Shown: positions 39,627 to 48,817 of the stretch, one piece after another
Layout: each line of letters opens with the position of its first letter
Numbering within the stretch: the first letter of the stretch is position 1
IMG/VR virus record: IMGVR_UViG_3300009149_000023
Span: 9,097 to 73,096 of that record
From: a virus
Strand: one strand, 5' to 3'
DNA length: 64,000 bases
Program-made: the position numbers and the translations under genes
Notes under the pieces: generated by a model
Seen by the model: only the letters and a program-made list of their open reading frames with translations
Databases searched by the model: none
Told to the model about the DNA's origin: nothing

Positions 39627-40287
39627 CGGTCTTTACATACTATCAGAAGAACCTTTGTTTGAGTCAGAGATTGTCATTGACAAGAGCAGAGCTGACAACA
39701 CAGTAATAGCGAGAGCAGTTATGCAGATTACTGATGTTATGAATGCTAACCGCAGAATTTACCCTAGAGAGCTTTTAGAAAGGCATCTTGAATTAGCACA
39801 ACCTATGATTGCTAAAAGAAGATTATTCGGAGAAGCAGATCATCCACCAGCAGATGCACCTATGCATAGAATACTTTCAATTCGCTTTAAAGACAGTTGT
39901 CACTGCTTTAATAAAATGTGGATTGATCAAGAAAGAGGTAGAGGTGTTGTAAGAGCTATAATCGAAACTACTCCTACTACTTGGGGTTACACTTTAGCCG
40001 CAATGTTAAGAAAAGGAATGGGTGTAGGCTTTTCTCTAAGATCAACAGGTCGCGTACAGATGAGAGGGGATGTTGCTTATGTGGCTGAGCCTTTCAAATT
40101 CGTGACGTATGACGCTGTTATTAATCCTTCCAATGAAGCCGCTTTCGTAGAAGAAATACTAACAGAAGCAAGCAATTGTGTAAAAGAAAGATATTTAACA
40201 GAAGGCAAAGAATTAACGTCTTTAATTGAGTCTTATATTGAAGCTGAAGTTAGAGATTGTGCATCCAGAATGCTTAGGTTCCTGTAA
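39604..40287 (+). CDS. Prohead core protease, T4 gp21-like
   Basis: NANRRIYP, GEADHP, T..G, GFSLRSTG, YDAVINPS...A. Confidence 0.9.
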   Translation: MMNNTNRNGLYILSEEPLFESEIVIDKSRADNTVIARAVMQITDVMNANRRIYPRELLERHLELAQPMIAKRRLFGEADHPPADAPMHRILSIRFKDSCHCFNKMWIDQERGRGVVRAIIETTPTTWGYTLAAMLRKGMGVGFSLRSTGRVQMRGDVAYVAEPFKFVTYDAVINPSNEAAFVEEILTEASNCVKERYLTEGKELTSLIESYIEAEVRDCASRMLRFL

Positions 40288-40296
40288 GAGGATAAT

Positions 40297-40728
40297 ATGC
40301 TTATTAATTTTAAAGCCTTAGAACAAACTTTACGTCCTATTGTTAAAAGACCTAATGTATTTAAGGTAGCTATCGTTATTGATAAGCTATCAGGTCAAGG
40401 TGGAGATGTTAGAGTTTCTACATACGATGATAAAGACAACAGAGTAAGTTTTTGGCGACAGGATGCTGCAACTCCAGCTAAACGCGGAGAAGTTAAAGTT
40501 ATTAATGAAACAGTTGCCTCTATGAAGAACAAACTCGTCATTAATTTTCTTGGCTTAGAGCGCATATTAGCACATCTTTCTAGACGAAGTGCTGCACTAG
40601 AACGCATTCTTATTTTGTTTGACTTGATAAATGGTGTAGCTAAGATTAATGTTTATCGTGGTAATAAAGAAATTCAATCTTGGGCAGAAAAAGCAAGTCA
40701 TAATTCGAAGGTTATCAAACTCAGGTAA
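40297..40728 (+). CDS. Hypothetical basic protein
   Basis: GAGG SD, 143 aa. Confidence 0.65.
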   Translation: MLINFKALEQTLRPIVKRPNVFKVAIVIDKLSGQGGDVRVSTYDDKDNRVSFWRQDAATPAKRGEVKVINETVASMKNKLVINFLGLERILAHLSRRSAALERILILFDLINGVAKINVYRGNKEIQSWAEKASHNSKVIKLR

Positions 40729-40811
40729 ATGGATTTAGTACTAGAACCAGGAGACTGATTCTTAGTTCTTTTTACTTTAAAATTTCTAATACGTTTATAG
40801 TACAGTTCTAT

Positions 40812-40826
40812 AAACACACTAATTGA
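40812..40826 (+). promoter_or_regulatory. Variant promoter motif AAACACACTAATTGA
   Basis: Two mismatches to AAACACAACAATTGA; intergenic, ahead of the MCP transcript. Confidence 0.5.
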
Positions 40827-40845
40827 AGAGATGGAGGAATACTTA

Positions 40846-41124
40846 ATGCACGTTGAAGGGATTCTCACACAAGAGACAGATATTGTCTTGAAAAGAGACA
40901 CTGTAGACAAACTAACTGAAAAGCTAGTGAAAGACACTAATAAAGACATTTACAACAGACTTAGAATTGTAAGAGCGTGTACAACTAGAGTCTCAAATGA
41001 TACTATTAAAGTTAAAGAAGAAATTTCAATTTTAGAAGACAAAATTGAATTAAATGAAACGGAAATTCAGAAGTTACTTCTTGTAATAGCTTCGGCTATA
41101 GAACAGGAGGCTGCAAATGAGTAA
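40846..41124 (+). CDS. Coiled-coil protein (head assembly candidate)
   Basis: Start reassigned to ATG 40846 behind GGAGG. Confidence 0.6.
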   Translation: MHVEGILTQETDIVLKRDTVDKLTEKLVKDTNKDIYNRLRIVRACTTRVSNDTIKVKEEISILEDKIELNETEIQKLLLVIASAIEQEAANE

Positions 41125-41443
41125 GCCGTTAACCATAACACCAATCGGAGAGAGAAGTCTCTTTGATGAAGTGTTGAACGAGCAACTAACACAGCTCGTG
41201 CTTCAAGAAGTTTCTCAAGACGCGAAGGAAAAGAAAGAGCGAATTAATAAAATTGAGAACTTACTCTTGAAACACAGAGCCGTTTTGAAAAAGCTACGCA
41301 GTAAACGTGAATCACTTTTAGTTGAGTTCGACCGCCAAGAGCGAAGGAAGAAGGAATTACGCGATCTCATCCAAAAGATTCAAACAGTTAAGTTAGTTGT
41401 ACCAGCTGATGTAAAAGCTGAAGTAAGACAAATCTTTAATTAG
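41117..41443 (+). CDS. Coiled-coil protein (scaffold candidate)
   Basis: AGGAGG SD; directly upstream of the MCP. Confidence 0.6.
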   Translation: MSKPLTITPIGERSLFDEVLNEQLTQLVLQEVSQDAKEKKERINKIENLLLKHRAVLKKLRSKRESLLVEFDRQERRKKELRDLIQKIQTVKLVVPADVKAEVRQIFN

Positions 41444-41476
41444 AAACAAGTTAAAAACTATCGGAGGAACACTTTT

Positions 41477-42910
41477 ATGAGACAGATTCTTTTAGAGACC
41501 AAACAACGCCTAGAAGCTAATCATGGCGTGAACATGGTTACAGAAATGCAGCGTATCCTCGCTGAACCAGTACTTTTTGAGGAATATATTGACGGCTTGT
41601 CACAGGGCATGAATGATGCCGATGCTGAGCAGTTTAAAGTTCTTGCAGAGAATACTGGTGCTAACCTGATGGAAAACTCCATCTTCGGTTATAATCCTTA
41701 TGCAGTTTTGGTTATGCCTCTTCTTAGGAAGTTCTGGCCACGCCTTTCTGTTAAGGAAGCTGTAACTGTATCCCCAATGAGCAGCCCAAGCGTTGTTCGT
41801 TATTTCATTAAGCCTATGGCTAAAACCTATCTGGGAACAGAAGTCGAACTTCCAGATTTCAACAACAACGTATCACTCGGACCACAAGTTCCTGTGACTC
41901 CAGCTGTTGTCGTTCCTTCCCAGACTGATCTTCTGAATCTTCTTGGATTGACTTCCGCAATGGGTTCAATCTCTAGAACTCTCAGAGTAACTGCAGTATC
42001 CGATGGAACTAACACTGAACCATGCAGCATCGAGACAGACATCGATGGTAACTTCTCTTCAGCTGTTACTTTCCAGGCTACTTCAGTAACAGACGTCATC
42101 CAGGGTCATGTTGATTTTAAGAATGGTATAATCAGCCTTAGCTCAGTTGGTGGAGTCATCACTGGCGCTACTCTGTATGCTATCGTCTCTCTGGAACAGA
42201 ATACTATTAATACAAACATCGAATTCAGAACTGAAAAGATTTTGTTCGAAGCTCTGACACGAAAGCTTAGTGCTCGTTGGTCAGTTGAGTTTGAACAGGA
42301 TACTAAAGCTCTGTTCAATCTCGATGCACAGGCCGAGCTTATCAGCATCATGAGCAATCAGATTGCTGTTGAAATCGACAAAGAAATCATCACCGAACTT
42401 CTGACTACAGTACAATTCCTGCACAACACAGCTATCGATACTTTTGATAAGACTGTTCCTGCTGGTTTTGCTTTAGGTCCGAAGGCTTGGTACGAAAACA
42501 TTCTTGTTAAGATGAATGCTCTTAGCCAGACTGTATACAAAGATACAAACATCGCACCTGCGAACATTATTCTTTGTAACCCAAGCGAAGCTGCTATCCT
42601 TGAAACAACTAACAGGTATGTATATGTAAGTGATGGCTTCTCCGGAAGCGAGCACACATATCGCGTAGGCACACTGGAATCAGGTAAGTGGAGAGTTATC
42701 GTAACTCCTATCGTTCCTGAAGGCAAAATGCTTATGCTCATCAAACCTGCAGAAGAAAGAGCAGCTGTGTATTTCTACTGCCCATACATTCCAGTAACTA
42801 TTTATCCGTTCCCACTAGGAACCATGCCAAGCATGACACTTATGACTCGCTATGCGAAAGCAGCAGTGCGTCCTAAGGGTATTGCTTTGCTCAATGTTGT
42901 TGCTACATAA
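41477..42910 (+). CDS. Major capsid protein, T4 gp23-like (HK97 fold)
   Basis: V.PM.SP, TRKLSARWSVEFEQD.KA...LDAQAEL...MS.QI..EIDKEII, FYCPYIP, MTRYA. Strong codon bias and a terminator downstream. Confidence 0.93.
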   Translation: MRQILLETKQRLEANHGVNMVTEMQRILAEPVLFEEYIDGLSQGMNDADAEQFKVLAENTGANLMENSIFGYNPYAVLVMPLLRKFWPRLSVKEAVTVSPMSSPSVVRYFIKPMAKTYLGTEVELPDFNNNVSLGPQVPVTPAVVVPSQTDLLNLLGLTSAMGSISRTLRVTAVSDGTNTEPCSIETDIDGNFSSAVTFQATSVTDVIQGHVDFKNGIISLSSVGGVITGATLYAIVSLEQNTINTNIEFRTEKILFEALTRKLSARWSVEFEQDTKALFNLDAQAELISIMSNQIAVEIDKEIITELLTTVQFLHNTAIDTFDKTVPAGFALGPKAWYENILVKMNALSQTVYKDTNIAPANIILCNPSEAAILETTNRYVYVSDGFSGSEHTYRVGTLESGKWRVIVTPIVPEGKMLMLIKPAEERAAVYFYCPYIPVTIYPFPLGTMPSMTLMTRYAKAAVRPKGIALLNVVAT

Positions 42911-42935
42911 GAGTAGTTTCAAACGCTAAGAAATC

Positions 42936-42972
42936 AAGAAGGCTCAGTTTCGGCTGAGCCTTCTTTTTTTTT
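42936..42972 (+). terminator. Rho-independent terminator
   Basis: AAGAAGGCTCAG-TTTCGG-CTGAGCCTTCTT followed by a T run. Confidence 0.9.
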
Positions 42973-43005
42973 GCCTTTTCACTATTTTAGGGAGAACATA
43001 ATTGT

Positions 43006-43887
43006 ATGATTCAACTATATCAAATTGGTACAACACTAGCATCGCTAGGGCTGATCAGACAGGCTTTAGAGGAAGAAGGAGAACGCACTGCGCTAAAAAC
43101 TCTTGACACTTTAATGGTATCTATCTATACACTCATAGGTCTAAGCCAGGCTGCTGCAAAGTCTGTTCATGAAGAAAAAATCATCCCTAAACTCCAAAAA
43201 GCTCCTATACACGCTTACTTCACTGAAAGGATACAAGACCTAACTAAGAATAAAACTATTAGTGTGCACTCAGCTCCTCATGCAATAGAGCAAAAAGGGT
43301 TACAACCTTGTTTTATAGTTCCTGGAATTAAGAATAAGATTTTTGTAGACCCAGTAGTTATGGATAGACTACATGTGCCCCCTAAGTTTACTAGATACCA
43401 AGTGCAGATAGCTTTGCTATTACATGAGTATGGTCATTTAAAACTAAACCACGATAAATACTATGAAAGTTTTAAGAAAAGAGTACTACCTAATATCTTG
43501 TTTAGTTTAGGTAAACATCTCTTAACTAGAATGGCAATCAAACGTATTGAAGAAAATGCTCATGATATGACCGATGAAGAAAAGAGCAAGTTCTTTAACT
43601 TTGTCGTTCTGTGTGCTGTTTCCTATACAATAGTTGAAATACTAGCTGTGGCTTATTTCAAGAGAGAACCTGAATATGCAGCTGATACAGAAGTTAAGGG
43701 AGCATTTAAAGATGCTTACGAAGCTTATCTTAAATCAATGGCTAAAGCTGAACAAGCACAGACTGCCCACTATGACAAGTTAATGAGGATATTTAAAACT
43801 GTGCTTAAACATATAAAAGACATATCATCTCAGAATCCTACGTTTGAACAGAGACTCAATAAAGTTGCTAAATCGGACACCCCGTAA
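43006..43887 (+). CDS. M48-like zinc metallopeptidase
   Basis: ALLLHEYGH, a hydrophobic segment, REPEYAAD and a C-terminal NPT.EQRL. Confidence 0.75.
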   Translation: MIQLYQIGTTLASLGLIRQALEEEGERTALKTLDTLMVSIYTLIGLSQAAAKSVHEEKIIPKLQKAPIHAYFTERIQDLTKNKTISVHSAPHAIEQKGLQPCFIVPGIKNKIFVDPVVMDRLHVPPKFTRYQVQIALLLHEYGHLKLNHDKYYESFKKRVLPNILFSLGKHLLTRMAIKRIEENAHDMTDEEKSKFFNFVVLCAVSYTIVEILAVAYFKREPEYAADTEVKGAFKDAYEAYLKSMAKAEQAQTAHYDKLMRIFKTVLKHIKDISSQNPTFEQRLNKVAKSDTP

Positions 43888-43914
43888 AAACCTTAATAGA
43901 TCGAGCATTTTCTG

Positions 43915-43930
43915 AAACACAACAATTAGA
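43915..43930 (+). promoter_or_regulatory. Putative phage-specific promoter AAACACAACAATTAGA
   Basis: Intergenic copy of the motif. Confidence 0.65.
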
Positions 43931-43957
43931 AGAACATCACCAGGAGAATTAGTAATT

Positions 43958-44734
43958 ATGGAAAAATCATATCTAGTAGAACTGTTTGAACAGAATGTTA
44001 GTTCTGTGTGGAAAGAGCATTCTCCTGCAGAACTATACTCAGTAACAGATAGGCAAGCAGCTAAGTTTAAACGACTCACTTATGGTAGAGAAGCTGAACA
44101 AGGTAAAGTTTTCCTAGAAGCTGTAATGCTACATGGAATGCTAGCTGTTGCTGATAGACTTAAAAGCAAACTTGGTTCTAAGTTTTTTGCATCAGTTCAA
44201 GCTGACTATGGAAAACTTCTTGTGAAACTTAGAGGACATGCTTCGATGGATGAGCTAAGAACTATTGTTAAGCATCAAGGTTCCATTGCTGCTAAAGTAA
44301 GTGAAGTACTTCTTAAAAGAGGCACGCTTCAGCTAAGTGATGATAGAGTAACGATGTTTACTATAGGAGGTATTGCTAAGTTTCTTGAACAATATCTTTT
44401 ACCTGCACCTACTGCTTGGAGAATTAGAGGTGGTCTTACTTCTAGGGTAGAGAAAGGCGGATCAATTCAACATCAAGCCTTAAAACTATATGTATCCTTT
44501 GCAGCACAAGCAGCACATGCTCTTGGTGAATTACTTGCACTAGTTATGTTTATTAAAAAGCATAACGTTAACAGACAGACATTAGAAAAAGATTCTGCTT
44601 ATTACAATAGACTAAAAATGGAACTAACAAAAGCATATAGGTCAGCAACAATGGTACTACCTACACTTGCTAGGATGGATCCTTTGAAGCTACTGCCTAA
44701 CGTTAAACCCATTACACCGCAAAGAGCGGCATAA
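43958..44734 (+). CDS. Hypothetical protein (possible head protein)
   Basis: AGGAG SD; N-terminal YLVELFEQ. Confidence 0.65.
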   Translation: MEKSYLVELFEQNVSSVWKEHSPAELYSVTDRQAAKFKRLTYGREAEQGKVFLEAVMLHGMLAVADRLKSKLGSKFFASVQADYGKLLVKLRGHASMDELRTIVKHQGSIAAKVSEVLLKRGTLQLSDDRVTMFTIGGIAKFLEQYLLPAPTAWRIRGGLTSRVEKGGSIQHQALKLYVSFAAQAAHALGELLALVMFIKKHNVNRQTLEKDSAYYNRLKMELTKAYRSATMVLPTLARMDPLKLLPNVKPITPQRAA

Positions 44735-44796
44735 ACTACTTTAAAGGTAGTTAAGAATAGTTACTTTAATTAATTTTTTCAAGGAGGTTTACACCT

Positions 44797-45570
44797 ATGA
44801 ACGGACCCTTACCAAAGATGGATCTTCCTCAGTACGACGTTATCACCCCGCAGACTAACAAAACATTTACCCTGAGGACAATGACAGTTGCGGAAGAAAT
44901 GAAGCTGAAAGGCTCATTAATCACACCAGAGCAAATTGTTTCACACGTCACAGCAGTGCTTTATGACTGTATTGTTAACAAGCCTGAAGACATCAAAGAC
45001 ATCAAAGACTTCATGACCAAAGTAACAACTCACGACCGGCAAGCACTATTGTTCGGCTTATTTCATGTTACTCATGGCGAAATTCAAAAGTATCCTGTTG
45101 AGAGTTGTAAAGGTTGCGGCAAGTCCTACGAGTATAACTTCCCTACTGATTCTTTATGTAAGATTACTCAGTATGAGGGCGAAGAAGATATACTTACTAT
45201 GTTAGTAGAAGTTAAGCTGCCTATCTCTAAGCTATCTTGCTTTATTAAGCAGCCAACAATTAGAGATGAAATCGTTGCAGCTAAAACTGCTGTACAGATT
45301 CCACATGACAAAGAATTCTTGGATGAATTAATCTTTGTAGAGAAATTTACAAAAGGTGCTAAAGAGTTTTCTGAGATCATGGAGAAGCTTAGTTTGTTCA
45401 AAGCTCTGCCTTCTAAGGACAGGCGTGTACTTTGGCAGAAGTATACTGAACTGTTCGGACAGTATCAAGTTAAGGTTTCCGGAGAAGCTGTTTGTCCTTT
45501 CTGTAAGACCGAGATCGAGATAAATATCGATTTCATGGAAATCTTTTTTCGCATGGTTTATGAGCAGTGA
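44797..45570 (+). CDS. Baseplate hub assembly / tail chaperone, T4 gp26-like
   Basis: LP.Y.V..P......LR.MTV.EE..L, D...LL, two CxxC ribbons (CKGC, CPFC) and a C-terminal FF. Confidence 0.7.
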   Translation: MNGPLPKMDLPQYDVITPQTNKTFTLRTMTVAEEMKLKGSLITPEQIVSHVTAVLYDCIVNKPEDIKDIKDFMTKVTTHDRQALLFGLFHVTHGEIQKYPVESCKGCGKSYEYNFPTDSLCKITQYEGEEDILTMLVEVKLPISKLSCFIKQPTIRDEIVAAKTAVQIPHDKEFLDELIFVEKFTKGAKEFSEIMEKLSLFKALPSKDRRVLWQKYTELFGQYQVKVSGEAVCPFCKTEIEINIDFMEIFFRMVYEQ

Positions 45571-45760
45571 GCCTAGTGACTTTCTCGAGATAGTTTATAA
45601 AAACATCGCTCAGTACCAATTCCTTTCAAAGGCGCCTTTCTCAGACATTTTTTCAATGCCCGCAAGGTATTTACCTATCGCAGTGAAAGAACTAGGCGAG
45701 AAGACGCGAGAACTATTGAAGGCACAGGCTTCAATGTTTCTTCCTATTAAGACTGATTAG
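45560..45760 (+). CDS. Small tail chaperone-like partner of the gp26-like gene
   Basis: Position, plus SDIFSMP.R pattern typical of tail-chaperone C-domains. Confidence 0.5.
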   Translation: MSSEPSDFLEIVYKNIAQYQFLSKAPFSDIFSMPARYLPIAVKELGEKTRELLKAQASMFLPIKTD

Positions 45761-45774
45761 AGGTAGCAAATAAA

Positions 45775-47142
45775 ATGGCAACAAATGATTCCATTCGAGG
45801 GGCAGCTGCTCCTCCGGGTGCAGACACTGGAAGTAATGACGTAACATCGGGCGCTTCACAGCGCCCTTTTTATTCATTAGAAGTTGCATGGATAGTTAGT
45901 GAAAAAGGTGAAGCAGGTAGCACAAAGTCTATAGACATTTCACCTTTTGTCATGCGTTTAGTTATTGATAAATCAGTTCGGATACTTGCTCCTATAATAA
46001 CAGTTGAGCTTAGGCCTACTGTTAGAGGTATTTTAAAATACAAAATAGGAGTAGCAGACACAGTAAAAATAAAATTATGGAAGTCAGAAGGGACAGGAAA
46101 GAAACAACTAGAGCTAACCGCTGAGATGTATCCTGCTGAATTCTCTTTCTTATATCATAGGATGAAGACTGAGAATAGTTTTGAGCATGCTGATAAGTCT
46201 CCTCTATCTCTTTTGCTGTATCCTACATTTTTTAACAAGATACTTGCTCATCCTAAAAATCAGATATTTAAAGAACCTAGGAAGCTCGATAAATCTTTCT
46301 TGGAAGAAGTAATTCAATCTGCTTTTAAGAATGCTCCAGGTAAGACTGAATTTGACATACAGATAGACGAACCAGATAACACTGTACAACTTCCTCCTAG
46401 GTTTATGGTTCATAAAACCCCATTAACTGATTACATGCGTTACTTAGTACAGCGATACGGATTATATAAGTCAGCAACGTTGTTTTATGCTGATTTTCCT
46501 GATATGAAAGAAGGTGCAGGAGATAATGCAAAACCTGTTATTAATTTAAAAGCGTTGCATAAAGATTCAGAGGAGCTTGCTTTTAGTTTGGTACTTTCAA
46601 ATACTAATGAGAAATACGAACTGCAAGAGAAAGAACATTTCATTTATCTTGCAGTTAATGAAACAGATAGAAAACCTGATGCAGCCATGCAATATAAGAC
46701 AGCTACTAACTATCTTATATTTACTAGAGACTTTCTTTATAAGAGAGCGAAGTTAGGGCTTGAAGGTTTGCAAAAAGAAATTAAAGATGTGTCGGAAGTA
46801 ATGTCAGCTGAGCAATTCTTCGAGATTGAAGACTTCTGGAAGATCGAAAAAACTAGCATGACTAACACTATTGATAACAAGTTTTCACATATTCCTTATT
46901 ACTCAGATTGTCTAACAGGGCTAAGGGTTGTTCCTTTTACTCCTGATTTCTTCTTCCCCTTTGATAAACTTAGGGTAGGCAGATTAGTTACTATTGACGT
47001 TAAAGATCCTGACTTTATACAAGCAGATGGTAAATTGATAGGTAAGTATATGATCAGAGATATCACAATTAATATAACTAGACAATCAGGTGGTCAGGAT
47101 CGTTGGGACATAATTCCCACATTTAGTTTAATAAGGAGGTAG
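45775..47142 (+). CDS. Baseplate hub protein (gp27/gpD-like)
   Basis: IDISPFV..LVI at the N-terminus; RVGRLVTI...GKYMIRDIT at the C-terminus. Confidence 0.5.
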   Translation: MATNDSIRGAAAPPGADTGSNDVTSGASQRPFYSLEVAWIVSEKGEAGSTKSIDISPFVMRLVIDKSVRILAPIITVELRPTVRGILKYKIGVADTVKIKLWKSEGTGKKQLELTAEMYPAEFSFLYHRMKTENSFEHADKSPLSLLLYPTFFNKILAHPKNQIFKEPRKLDKSFLEEVIQSAFKNAPGKTEFDIQIDEPDNTVQLPPRFMVHKTPLTDYMRYLVQRYGLYKSATLFYADFPDMKEGAGDNAKPVINLKALHKDSEELAFSLVLSNTNEKYELQEKEHFIYLAVNETDRKPDAAMQYKTATNYLIFTRDFLYKRAKLGLEGLQKEIKDVSEVMSAEQFFEIEDFWKIEKTSMTNTIDNKFSHIPYYSDCLTGLRVVPFTPDFFFPFDKLRVGRLVTIDVKDPDFIQADGKLIGKYMIRDITINITRQSGGQDRWDIIPTFSLIRR

Positions 47143-47146
47143 AATT

Positions 47147-48817
47147 TTGGCTAAGCCGTCACCACAATGGATTCAAGAAGAGTTTACAAGATGTAAAAGC
47201 TCTTTTCCTTATTTTGTTGAACACTATTGTTATGTCAATACGGGTGCCGGTTTCCAGTTAATGAATTTAGCTGCTAAGCAAAAGAAACTCTGTGATAAAC
47301 TAATTGAAGACAATAACGTTTTAATACTTGGTTCAAGACAGACAGGTAAGACTACAATAATGGTTTGTTATTGTGCATGGGTAATGTTATTCTTTCCTGG
47401 AATGGACATTACATTCATATCAAGAAAAGAAGCACAGGCTAAAGAACAAATGGTTGATCTTGAAATATTGTTTGAAAGACTTCCTGATTTCTTAAGACCA
47501 ACGTTGAAACCAAATGCTGCGACAGAAAAGAAAGTATTAGAAACAGGATCAAAGATTAAAATTGAATCTGTTCTCACTAATCCAGAAGGTAAAGGTCGAG
47601 GTATGAGGTCTCATATTGTTTGGATCGATGAGGCTGCATTCTTAAAAACATTAAGCCCTTTGCTTTCGGGTTTGCTGCCTACTACGGCTCAACGTTTCCA
47701 GATGGCTAAGAAACATAATCTGCCTCATGGTATAGTAATGACTACAACGCCTAATGGAACAAAAGGTGTTGGTAAAGTATTTTATGACTATTGGGAAGCA
47801 GCAGAAGAGAGTAGAGTAAAGTTCGAAGACGATGGAGAACGCAATAGAGAGATATTACAAAACTGCTTCTTTACATCCTACAGAGTGCATTGGTCTGAAA
47901 TGCCTTTCTACGATGAGAAATGGTATGAAGGTGAAAAGAAGAAATTTGGTAAACGGTTAAGAGAGTTTCATCAAGAATATGATTTGTCATTCTTAGGAGG
48001 AGAGGATACTTTCCTTCCTGATTCCGTAATAGAAGCACTTACGTCTAAACCTCCCATCAAGAAAGAGGGAGCTCTTTGGATTTGGAAAACAGCTGACTTA
48101 TCTCACGTTACAGGCGGTAAGGTTAAAGAATATTTAATAGCTGTAGATGTTGCTACTATGTACGGACATTGTAAATCAGCTATTCAGGTATTGGATATGG
48201 ATACGTTAGAACAGGTAGCTGAGTTTAGTGATAAACTTCCTATAGGTCCTCCTATACCTTATAACTTAACAGATGAAATATCAAAACTAGTCATGTTATA
48301 TCCTAACTGCACAGTGACTTATGAGAATAACGGTGTAGGAAATCAGCTGGTAGAACAACTTCCTTTTCATCCTGTTATAGGTCCGAAACTTTATAAGGAA
48401 GATGAAAAGAAAAAGAAGACAGGATTTCATACATCCGAGAAAAGTAAAGAAGATATCTTTAATCAAGTATATTCATTGTTACTCAATAGAGCAGACACTA
48501 TAAACTCTTCTAGGTTAATAGGAGAACTTGTTGGATTAATTAATAGTAAGACAGGCAAAGTAACTAAGACATCAACAGCAACAGATGATTTAGTTTTAGC
48601 CTTAGGTCAAGGTTACGTAGTATTTTCTAGATTATATTCAAATCCTGTAACTGCTATCAATTCTCATCCAGAAACGGAGCAAAATCTGAAACATGTCCTT
48701 TTAATGAATGTTAAAGAAACGGATAACCCTTACACGCAGGCAAGTCAGGAGCTATCAAAAGAGCAGATGATTGAAATCATTAACCGTCTTAAGTCACAAA
48801 GTAAGGGAGGGAAGTAA
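47147..48817 (+). CDS. terL: Terminase large subunit, T4 gp17-like
   Basis: YFVEHYCY, SRQTGKTT (Walker A), WIDEAAF (Walker B), TTPNG, VHWS, F.QEY, AVDVA, ENNG.G, DDLVLAL. Confidence 0.93.
   Translation: MAKPSPQWIQEEFTRCKSSFPYFVEHYCYVNTGAGFQLMNLAAKQKKLCDKLIEDNNVLILGSRQTGKTTIMVCYCAWVMLFFPGMDITFISRKEAQAKEQMVDLEILFERLPDFLRPTLKPNAATEKKVLETGSKIKIESVLTNPEGKGRGMRSHIVWIDEAAFLKTLSPLLSGLLPTTAQRFQMAKKHNLPHGIVMTTTPNGTKGVGKVFYDYWEAAEESRVKFEDDGERNREILQNCFFTSYRVHWSEMPFYDEKWYEGEKKKFGKRLREFHQEYDLSFLGGEDTFLPDSVIEALTSKPPIKKEGALWIWKTADLSHVTGGKVKEYLIAVDVATMYGHCKSAIQVLDMDTLEQVAEFSDKLPIGPPIPYNLTDEISKLVMLYPNCTVTYENNGVGNQLVEQLPFHPVIGPKLYKEDEKKKKTGFHTSEKSKEDIFNQVYSLLLNRADTINSSRLIGELVGLINSKTGKVTKTSTATDDLVLALGQGYVVFSRLYSNPVTAINSHPETEQNLKHVLLMNVKETDNPYTQASQELSKEQMIEIINRLKSQSKGGK

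Noticed and set aside
40729-40845. In-frame upstream extension of the 40846 gene through TGA and TAG
   Set aside because: Two different stops and a T-rich non-coding composition. The region holds a promoter-like motif, and the gene has its own SD.
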